A DNA stretch of 63,952 nucleotides, counting the filler, from Chrysochromulina tobinii (Eukaryota): NCBI GenBank assembly GCA_001275005.1. It is 5 parts of 5 records of this genome, joined end to end, with 100 filler letters (N's around TTAATTAATTAA, not from the genome) between each part and the next. Parts side by side here need not be neighbours in the genome. Positions count along the whole stretch, not along the records: positions 1 to 14,607 come from JWZX01001429.1; 4 more parts are not named here. One strand, 5' to 3'. The notes below the pieces were generated by a model. That model worked only from the letters and a program-made list of their open reading frames with translations. It did not search any database and was not told where the DNA came from. The first letter of the stretch is position 1; the number at the start of each line of letters is the position of its first letter. Of this stretch, positions 1 through 9,700 are shown in pieces. A program made the translations under genes and the position numbers.

Positions 1-42
<42 letters not shown>

Positions 43-125
43 CAGTGAGGAGTTCCCCTCTCGAAGGGAGGGGGGGGCTTTAGGAGGGGTACCCTCTCGT
101 ACCCACCTCTCTCGTGCGCGCGCCG

Positions 126-2030
126 TCACTCGGGCATCAAAGTGACAAAGGCCGAGTCCCATGCCGGCACGCTGAGGGCGAGCTGTGTGGTGACACTCGG
201 CAGGATGTCCACACGCTCCCACACGTCACGCACCTTGTACGTCACACCCATCGTCAAATTCAATTTCGTTAGGTTGAGCATGTACTGGAGGGGCATGGGC
301 GAGTGGTTGATGAGCAGAGCCGCTGAGCCACCATGCGGGAGCCTCTTGGACCACAACTGCCCCGCCACCGGCGCGACGCCCACCGTCACCTTTTGGATTC
401 GCCCGATCGGCTCGCCCGTAACGGCTTCAACGGCTGCACGGGCTGGCGCCGTTGCGGGCGCTCCCTCCCAGCTTACCTTCACATTCCAGCCGGCGACCAG
501 ATTGTCGATGGGCAGCTGCAAGTTTCGCTCGTGGTCGGTCACCTCGAGGGTGAGCATGAGCGCCGCCTCGTTGGGCTGCGCGAGGCCCGTGGCCCTCACC
601 ACTATCGGCGGGCTGTACCCTGTGAACTGGTCGTACGAGTAGTTGCCTAGGGGCCCGCTCTTCCAGAGCTCGCGCACCTCCGCCTCAGTGGCCACGTCCG
701 TGAGGAGCAGACGCACCGTCGCCGGCTGCTTGGTCTGGCCTGCTTCGGGCGTGTACCCGGCCTCGTACCGGAATTGCATGCTGATGCTGTCGAGCTTATG
801 CCCGTTACCGATCAGCCCCGATCCGATGCTGATGCGGCTGATTGTACCCGGGTTGCCCGAGCGGATGGCAAGGCCACTCGTCGCGTTGTCACTGTGGGAG
901 TTCGTCAGGGTCGCGCCTCCCGAGAGCCCAAAATCTCCCGCCGAGCTCGAGGGCAGCTCCACACCTGACGGGTCGAATGGGACTGGAGGCATATGGAGGG
1001 TCTCGACGAGAAGACCTGGGTGGCCGTCCCACGCCTGGTTCACCGCGATCGCCTCGAGGTTCCCGATGATGTCGAGCACGGGCTCGAGCTTCGCGTCGGT
1101 CAGCTCCATCCCGAGGATCAAGGGCGACGACGTGATACACCAAGCGCCGAAGTGGGCGCGGTTCCACACGAAGAAGGCGCCGGGCGCAGGTTCGGCCACG
1201 CGGCCCACCTCGAGCATGTCGGGATACGCCCAGCAGCCCGGCCGCGAGAGCGGCACCTCGTAGTCCTGGAACTGGATCGTCGTCTGCAAGTTCTGGAACC
1301 ACGACTCACTGCCCGCGTTGATGTCGCCCGAAGTGCGGTATGAGTTGAAGGGACACCAGTCGAGCGTCGGGCACGAGGAGTCGTCGCTGTCGGTGCAGCG
1401 GCCCCAATGGCAGTTCTCGATGGTGAACGCCTTGCCCGTCTCCCTCATCAGCTCGGCGTACAGCGTCATGTTTCGCTGCGCGCCGCAGCCGTCGATCTTG
1501 ACATCGTCGAAGCCAAAGGCCGCGAGCGAGCGCACGTCGCCCTCGTAGTTGATCGTGTGCTCCGAGCGCTCGCCGCACTTGCAGCCGTTGAGATACCAGC
1601 CGGCCTTGAGCCCCTTGGCGTGGATCTCGTCCACCATCTTCTTCGTGTCGGGGAAGTCGGAGTCGATCGTCGGAGTGCCATCCGAGTCGTGCTGCGTACC
1701 GTTGACGCCAGCACCACAGCCCTCCCAACCCTCATCGACGCCGATATCGCAGTAGCCTATGCCGCAGAGGCTCACGTTGCCATAGATGCCCTTGACCGTC
1801 CGGTTCTTGGCCACGAGCGCATCCGCAGCGGCCAGCATCATCTCCTGCGTGATCCTGTTTCCAAAGGCATTCCACGAGCGCCACCCGAGCTGCGGCGTTC
1901 GCGACAAATTGTTCCAGCCCGCCGGAAAGTCCTTCGAGCGCTTGATCGGCGATGTGTGGAGGAGCGGCGGCGGCGGTGGCGGATGGCGCTGGGTCGAGGC
2001 GGTCGCGAAGGCGACGAGGGTCGCAATCAT
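126..2030 (-). CDS. Secreted glycoside hydrolase family 27 (alpha-galactosidase-like), single exon, with a ~215-aa insertion before the C-terminal beta domain
   Basis: GH27 motifs TPQLGWRSWN, IGVDEGW, VKIDGC (nucleophile), YRTSGDI (acid/base), PGCWAYPDMLEVG, HFGAWCITSSPLILG; C-terminal QLWSKRL..YKVRDVW; hydrophobic N-terminus. Confidence 0.93.
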   Translation of the reverse strand: MIATLVAFATASTQRHPPPPPPLLHTSPIKRSKDFPAGWNNLSRTPQLGWRSWNAFGNRITQEMMLAAADALVAKNRTVKGIYGNVSLCGIGYCDIGVDEGWEGCGAGVNGTQHDSDGTPTIDSDFPDTKKMVDEIHAKGLKAGWYLNGCKCGERSEHTINYEGDVRSLAAFGFDDVKIDGCGAQRNMTLYAELMRETGKAFTIENCHWGRCTDSDDSSCPTLDWCPFNSYRTSGDINAGSESWFQNLQTTIQFQDYEVPLSRPGCWAYPDMLEVGRVAEPAPGAFFVWNRAHFGAWCITSSPLILGMELTDAKLEPVLDIIGNLEAIAVNQAWDGHPGLLVETLHMPPVPFDPSGVELPSSSAGDFGLSGGATLTNSHSDNATSGLAIRSGNPGTISRISIGSGLIGNGHKLDSISMQFRYEAGYTPEAGQTKQPATVRLLLTDVATEAEVRELWKSGPLGNYSYDQFTGYSPPIVVRATGLAQPNEAALMLTLEVTDHERNLQLPIDNLVAGWNVKVSWEGAPATAPARAAVEAVTGEPIGRIQKVTVGVAPVAGQLWSKRLPHGGSAALLINHSPMPLQYMLNLTKLNLTMGVTYKVRDVWERVDILPSVTTQLALSVPAWDSAFVTLMPE

Positions 2031-2938
2031 TTACGGGATACAAAACTGTTTGACCAATCCGCACGAATCCGGTTTAGTCAAGTCAAGTCAAAAGGTAACA
2101 GACGATACCTCCTCCACTCCATGGGCTCGCTAGAGGTACAGCAAGATCTCTTGGGTATCTGGCCATGTGTGTGAATTGGACAGAAGTGGTACTGTATCGG
2201 AATGCGTGCATACATGTTCTGTGGAGATCCTGGCCCTGGATCCTGGATCGTAGACGCCGCATTGAGACTATAACGTTCCGGTTCAAAAACACCGGGGGGA
2301 GCCGGACACACGAGAGACTCTTAAGGGACTCTAGAGAGACTCCGTTCCCAATTCCGTTCCGGTAGGTTGCGTGTCGGAGAGTGCACGAGGCTAGAAAAGT
2401 TGGTCTTTTGTCTCACCCCCTTGGTCTCACCGGACCGTACCTAACGAGGCGGGTAACCTTCGGGCGGCTTCGCGGCTAGAACTCCCCCTTGGCAGAGGGC
2501 GGTTCGTTGAACCCCCCCTAAGTGGATCCCCCACAAGTATAACGGCCAATATGGCCCGGGGTACATCAGCGAGATGACACCCGGTGACCACGGACCCCCC
2601 CCCTTCCCGACACATCGAACCTACATCGAACCCCCCTTTTCCGTAGGGGAAGTTCGGGAGATGGAACACCCATCACAGGGAGGATTTTCCGGTGCTTTTC
2701 AGTTTTCACGGGCGGCCCGCCCCCGGATCTGGGGGGGCGTCGCGCCGTAGGGCGATGATGTCGTGTCGTGGTGGTCCTCGTCGTGACCGGCCCCTGAAGG
2801 TTGCGAGCCTTTCCTTTGCCGAGATTGAACAACTTTTCTCGGAGTTCATTAGCCATCCGCTTTTGGAAAAGTCTTTTTAATTACCATTTACGCGCAGGCG
2901 AGCTTGACAGACCTCCACCTTCTCTTTTCTCAGACACG

Positions 2939-3548
2939 ATGCTCGCGCGCGTCCTTTGCATCGTCGCCTTCTTCGCCTTCTCGTGAGTCCCGCACAGCGA
3001 GCACCATCCATCATGCATCTGAGGCCTTCTGGTGTCACCGATCGTGATTGACCCGTTGGTTTCATCGTGCGCAGTGCCGAGGCTTTCGTGGCTCCCGCTT
3101 CGCCCGCGCTCTCCGTCTCGGTTGCTGCTCGAGGGCAGACGTCCATTGACATGATGGCTGCGCCCAAGAAGGTGCGTTACTACTCGCTCCGCTCTCCGAA
3201 GTTCCATGTGAGGATTGGTCTATGCTGACGATGTCGCCGCTTGCTCCGCTACAGCCGGTGAAGAAGGCGGCGCCAAAGGTCGTCGCTAAGAAGCCTGTCA
3301 AGAAGGTGGTCAAGAAGGCGGCGCCCAAGCCGGTTGCCAAGAAGGCGGCGCCCAAGCCGGTTGCCAAGAAGGTTGCGCCCAAGAAGGTTGCGCCCAAGAA
3401 GGTTGCGCCCAAGAAGGTTGCGCCCAAGAAGTCCGCCGTTAAGAGCGGTTTCCGGCCGGGCAAGCAGATGCCGGCGAGCCAGGCGGTCAACGAGCTCCTC
3501 GGTGGAATCTTCAACGCCTTCAACCTGCTGCGTAGCCTGCCCAAGTAG
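2939..3548 (+). CDS. Small (144 aa) plastid-targeted Lys/Ala/Pro-repeat, histone H1-like basic protein; exons 2939-2982, 3075-3171, 3255-3548
   Basis: Removing GT-AG introns 2983-3074 and 3172-3254 gives [41 protein letters not shown] (signal peptide + ASAFAP-like motif + transit peptide), then KKAAPK/KKVAP repeats. Confidence 0.8.
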
Positions 3549-4318
3549 ACGGAAAGTGTGGAGAGGAGCTCCCCACATGCGCGGAGAAGACACGGGCCTG
3601 TCCGCCTACTGGCTCGTCGCTGTCCTTTAGCGTGAGTGTCGTATGCCGCGGATGAGGAGCGGGGCGCAGAGTTAGGCGATGGGGTTAGGCTAATCCATGG
3701 GCTAATCCTGCGCGTATCAAGCGTATTAAAAAATATGGAAACAACACCTGCCCCAACGGTCAGCCCCAAAACGAAGCGGAGTCCGGGTGTCGTCTCCGCG
3801 GCAGCTCCACGCACTCTCAGTCTTTCACACCTCGGGAACCCGCACAGCACTCGCAAACCCCCCGGAAGGGATTGCGGATTCCGCGGACAGAGCTCAGATG
3901 AGGCGCGCGAGGACGGGGCCATCAAAGCGAGACTACAGTGATCTCACTGTCGGTCTCAGACTGTACTTATAGCATATAGGATAATACTCAAGCGTCTGAG
4001 ACTGAGACGTGAGAGGAGCGAGCGACGCTCACCGTCGGGCACGACGTTCGCCTCCGCAATTCTAAGGGAAAATGTTGCAAATTCATCACAGAAATTTGAG
4101 AATCTTTCGTCAAAACCATTTCAAAAGAAAGAGGGGAGAGGCGCGCGCGTCCCTTTCCCTTACGCGTGTCGCGGGTCACGCTCAGCGGCGCGGCCGGTAC
4201 GGCGCGAGTCGGGGGATCAGGTCCGGGGGGACGAGGGGGAGGTGAGCGCGGACGGAAATGTGGCGCCTTTCCTGCATCGGATGCGGGGAATCAGGCGCGA
4301 TGTTTCGTCACGCTCGGG

Positions 4319-5200
4319 CGAAGGCGCCGAAGGCCCAGACGCCGGCGAACCTCGTGGACAAGGACCTGCTCTACGTGCTTGCCGAGAACGACCTGACGCA
4401 CTTCGCCCCGCTCCTGGCTTCGACAGGTCCTGCTCGGGACCGTCGAGGAGCTCGTAGGTGTCGGCTCGACAGCCGAGGCGCTGCAACGCGTCGCGGAGGC
4501 TGTGCGGGCGCTCGCGCCCCGCGAACAGCACGACGAAGCGCCGTTGCTTTCTGGGTGACTCCGCGCTCGCCGAGATGCTCGATAGGGCGACGGGCGGCCG
4601 AGGGGAGACTCGGTGCACGCCCACGGAATCGGGGCCGACGCAGGCCCTGGGGCTTAACGTCGGCTCGGACGACCCGCACGTGCTTCAGAAGCCTAAGTTC
4701 TACCTAAGTTCAGGCTCACGAACGACCACTCCTGGCCTCCGGCGCCACGAGGGGCGTTCGCGTCCGGCGTCGTCGGCGACGGTCGCGGCGCTCACTGTTG
4801 TCGATCGAGACAAGTTCCTCGGCCTGCTAGGCCGGCTGAACTTCGCCGCCACCTTTTACCCGCGCGGGCGGCAGTGGCTCCACGCGCCGTGGCGGGCGGT
4901 GCGCGCCCAATACCGGACGGCCGCCGACCAGGTGGTCATCTCGAAGGCGGTGCGCGAGCGGCTCAGGCTGTGGGTCACGGAGCTCGGTCAGCCCGACCAC
5001 GAGGGCGTGCCGATCGGCGCGGCGGAGGCGTTCCCGGCCGCGGCCTCCCCCGAGGTCTCGGCGATCTACGCCGACGCGGCGCTCGAGTGCGCGGGCGCCG
5101 GCTTCTGCGCGTGGACGGTCGACGGGGACGAGCTCCTGTACGTACAGGGCGAGTGGTCGAGCGCCGAGCGCGAAAGCTACCTCATCTGCGACCTCGAGCT
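4319..5200. mobile_element. Rearranged DIRS-like retroelement remnant: ORF1 5' fragment (+), inverted methyltransferase-like fragment (-), RT-connection/RNase H fragment (+)
   Basis: 4319-4415 is nearly identical to 61714-61810. 4416-4610 (-) reads RFVVLFAGRERPHSLRDALQRLGCRADTYELLDGPEQDL. 4800-5200 reads FLGLLGRLNFAA..RGRQWL..RLRLW..IYADAA..GFCAW, which resembles the DIRS RT/RNase H junction. Confidence 0.65.
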
Positions 5201-6755
5201 TGGTCGGGGCCCCGCGGGACGGAGTCGGCGTACCCACCACGCAGCACCCACCCGCCCACCCGTGTGCGTGCGTGGGTCTCGTACGAGGCCGACCTTGGGA
5301 GGTGTGTCATGTCGGATCCGGCGTCGGAGCCGTGCCACGAGCTACCAGGAGTGGGCGAAGGGGTACGTGGGTTAGCAGCGCGGGAGCGCCGCCGCCCACC
5401 CCTGGGACCCGTTCTGTTGTGTCAACCGTGTGGAGGTCATCCCCTCGTAGTGAGGAAGAGCTCAGTGAGCTACCCGAGTGTGTGTTGTGTGAACGCCTGG
5501 TACGGCGCGCGGAGCGCGGCGTGAAGAAGCGTGACAAGGCGAACCCGTTTTTTTCTAACGAAAAGCCTGGTGCGCACGCTGTGGAAAGACTTTCCGACGA
5601 AGGGGAAGGGGGGCAGTGGGTGTCGAAGTAACTTAGGCGATCGCTGTTTTTCCAGACGGTCGCACTTAGCTAACTCACGTTCACGCTCATGTAATTTGCC
5701 ATCCTCGGCACATCTCTCTCGGCAAGATGTACGATCAGCACCGGACCGGTCCCGTGGAAACAGCTTATTGACTTGAGCACCTTTTCGAGGTACAGATAGC
5801 AGCAGGAGCGGCCACGGAAGCGTCGGGGGGACGATCAGGAAGCCGTGGCAACTACCGCGCGCAAGACAATGGCGCAAGTGTGCAAGCCCTGATCTGGTCC
5901 CGTAATGCCGTAAACAAACCAGTGTCCTGTGTGGACCCGGTGAACAGAAGGGAACCATCAGAACGAGCTGTTCACACTCTCTCGTGTCTCGAAGCCAAGT
6001 GCTCGATGCTCCTTGATGAGCGGAAGATCAAGGCCGAGTGAAGCCCTGAACCCCGATTAAATGGTACATGTACAAGAACGGATCGTATCTATTAAATATT
6101 TGTAGGCGAGAAGCGGCGAGCTGAGCGCGCACTCTCGAGAGATCGGCGCGCTCCGGGCCCCATGGCGCTCCCGAGAACCCCGACCTAAGATGATGAGCCA
6201 TGAGCGTCTCGCTCTCGGACTAATGAGTCCGCTTCGCTTTGTCTTTTACAGCTCGAGAGCACGAACCGCTTCGGTCGGACGAGTCCTACAAGTAACGAGT
6301 AAGTTACATAGTAACGTTATATGGTGATCCTACATGTACCCGTGACTGATACGTTAATACCGAAAAAGAGCCGTTCTAGGGGTTTCCCCCGGTTTAATTT
6401 CCCTAGAATCATTCTTTGGTAGGATAAACTGGCGCTCTTGCTTGTCCGCCTATCAATGATATCCCCTCGGGCGGCGGGTGGGGACAGTCCACCCTCCGCC
6501 TCAGGATGGAGTAACCTCCACCCCTCTTTCTCAACGGGCGTCAAAAAGCTAAAAGGGGCTGAGAGCGCCGTCAGCCATGGCCGTCAGCGCGCATAAGATT
6601 GATGCGCCATCGGAGGACCTGCGCTCTCAGTCGTCATCCTCATCACGCACCACATCACACCTCCAGGCGGCTCAAGCGAGAGACGATCACCCGCGGCACG
6701 GCGCGCCACGGGCTTGCCGCGGTAGGCCCTCGAGGCTAGCATGCCTTCAAGCAGC

Positions 6756-9700
6756 TCATCGCGCAGTGCGCCGCCGAGAGAGTACCGATTCAGAGGGTTG
6801 GCGGCTGCGGCCGCAGCCTCCGCCGTGGAGGCGTGCCTCGGCGGCAGCGAGCTGCGCGATGGCGGCCTTGGGCTCGAGGAGGGCTAGCTCAGAGCTCGGG
6901 TACTCGTGTGGCAGCCGGCGGCGGCGTGCGGCGGTCGGCTTGGCTAGTGCCGAGTAACCGTTCGCACTCGCCGTGTACAGCGCCAGTGGGTCGGGGGAGG
7001 AGGGTCGAGCGGCGGCGGCAGCGGCGGCGGCGACGACGCCGGCGAGGGCTCCGAGGCCGTAGCGCGCTGCCGAGGCGTCCGTACGAGCGAGCAGGCTGTG
7101 GAGACGCGTCGTCTCGAGCGCCCTCTTCGTATGAGCCGCTTCGACGCGGGCCACCTCCTTGGCTGCCTTGTCCGCGCGGTACTGCGCGACTGCAGGGCGC
7201 GTGGCCTTGTACACCTTCCGCCCGCGCATGATTCGCTGGATGTGCACGACGATGGCGCGCGACTTGGCCACGAAGGTGTACAAGGCTACGCGCCGCCGGT
7301 GCGTGCGCCAGCCGCGCTGGAGGGCTCGGGCAGCCGAGAGCGCGCGCTGCTTGCGACGGCGCGCCAGCAGGCCGCGTCCAAAGCGCTCAATTGTGGTCGC
7401 TGCCGCGCGAGCGTGCGCATACGCGCGCCTGGGGTGGATGGTACGAGCCCGTGCCTGCACACGCTCGATGCGTGCACGTGTGCGCGCGTAGGCGTGCCTC
7501 GCGTGCAGCCGGCGCGCGCTTGCCTGCACACGGATCACGGCACGTCGGGCCGCGGCTCGATTGCCCACGCCGCCTGGCCGGCGCACAGCCCGTCCACGTG
7601 CGAAGCGCTGTATGAGCGTGGCCGCCCTGTCACGGCGCATCCACGGTGCCAGCCGGCGCGCGAGCAGCCCGCGAGCACAGCGCTGGATCTCTAAGATGGA
7701 GAGTCCGACGAGATCCCACGCGTCCTCAAGGCGACGGAGCCGGCGAGCTTCCCGTCGGCCAAACATCCCGCGAGCATGCGCCTCGATCACAATGGCCGCT
7801 CCACACGCATTGCGCCGTCGGCGGCAAGCGGATGCGCGTCGTTCGTAAGTTTGGATGATGATGGCCGCGCGCCGTGCGCGTAGGTACGCTACTCGCGCCA
7901 CGTGGCGACGGTGCGCGGCCGCGATGCGTGTGGCGGCCGCACGCGCGAGGCGTAGCCCTTTGATCGCTTTGTACCGTCGCCAGTTGCTCTGCACCCGCAC
8001 CACGTGGCCGCTCGACACCTCGAGTCTCCGGCGCGCGTGCCAGCCGCGAGCGTGGGCTTGAATGGTGATCGCCGCGGCGATGGCATGCCGATAACGCTTC
8101 CGCGCGGCACGGCCGCGCTCCTCTGCCTCGATCTTCGTGGCCGCCGCCAAAGCTCGTCGGAGCTGCCCGATGGCCAGGTGACGACGCCACGAGCTCTGCA
8201 CCAGCACGATGCGTGCACGAGTGCGAGCGTATCGTCGGCGCTCCCGTCGACCGCGCGCGCGCGCCTGGATGGTCGTCGCCGCCGCCTGGGCGCGCCGCAA
8301 CCGCCGAATCGCCGCCCGTCGGCGCGCCATGGATTGGATTCTTGTGGCGGCGGCCTCTTCGCGATGAGACTGCGCGCGCGCCGCGTCCGCTGCTGAGCGC
8401 AATCTGTTGCGGAGCTTCTTTGCCCAGTACAGACGCCACGCCCCCTGGATCCTGACGGCCGCCTGCCGCGCTTCCAACTCCCGCTGCGCGGCTTCCTCCG
8501 CGGCAGCGAGCGCGGCGGCCGCCGCAGCCGCTTCTCGCCGCCGGCCGAGCTCGATGCGCGCCGCTTTGCCGCGCCATCGCGCCTGGATGAGCACCGCCGC
8601 CGCCCTCTCGCGCTCGTGCGCAGCCACCTTTGTCGCGGCAAGCTTGAGCTCCTTGCGCAGATTCCTCGCGCGGTAGCGCCGCCACCCACCCTGGATGACT
8701 TTGGCTGCCGCCGCGCGCGCGGCTTGCCATGCGGCGTACGCCGCCGCGCGCGCCATCTCCCGCTCCCGACGCTTGTGCTCGGCGCGCCGGCGCGCGACCC
8801 ACCCACGCGCACGGCGCTGCAGACACATCGTGGCATGCAGCTTCTTCAGCTTCTCGTCCCGCTCCCGCCGCTTTCGCTCGGCGCGCCGGCGCGCGGCCCA
8901 CCCACGTGCAAGGCGCTGCGCAAGCATCATCGCATGGAATCTCTGCCGCCGCTCGGCTGCTTTGCGCGCTGCTGTGCGCCGTGCGACTAGGGCGCGCCAG
9001 CGCTTCTGCACGAGGATCACCTGGAAGCCCTCGAAGCGTTCGCCGCGTGTGGCCGCCTCGCGCGCCACGTACTCATACGGATGGCCCTCGCCGACCCGCG
9101 CGCGCACCGTCGAGATGTGAGGCTGCTTCGCGACGCCGTCGGCGAGCATCACTGAGAGGAGGCCGGCCGCGTCAGGTAGCTTGACGAGCAGCGCCTCGAT
9201 GAAAGAGCCGTCGTCACAGGCCATCACGATCGGCGCGCCACGCTTGAGCTTGGCAAGCATCGTGCCGCCGTCGCTATCGAGCGTCGCCCAATCGCGCTTC
9301 GAGAGCGTCGTCGGGATGACCTTACCGGCGTCGTCGAAGACGTGCGCGGCCACGCGCCCGTCCAAGCCGCCCAGGTCGTCCATGATGCCGCCGACGAGCC
9401 CGTAACGCCACACGCCATGCATCGCAAAGGCTGTCGCGCCCTCCACCAGCCCCTGCATCTCACTCGGCAGGCGCGTGCGCCTGAGCGCCGCCAGGGGCAC
9501 CACCTCGCGCACGTTCTCACCCTCGCGCACAATCTCGACGTCGCCACCCTTGCCGAACTTGTACAGGCTGGCGCGCTCGTAGTGCGGGTCGGCGTCCATG
9601 CCGCCGCGCCTCTCGACCGCCACGTGGCTGCCAACAGCGAGATCCGCCCTCACCGGCTCCTCGGCGAGCAGCTGCTCAGGCAGCGCCCAGCGCACACTCT

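Noticed and set aside
1..41. 41-nt poly-C run
   Set aside because: It lies at the window edge with no context; likely a homopolymer or sequencing artefact, not a telomere repeat.
5620..6560. Intergenic stretch with a small hairpin (TTCTAGGG...CCCTAGAA near 6373-6408)
   Set aside because: An 8-bp stem alone does not support an ncRNA or element boundary; no tRNA or rRNA signatures were seen anywhere in the window.
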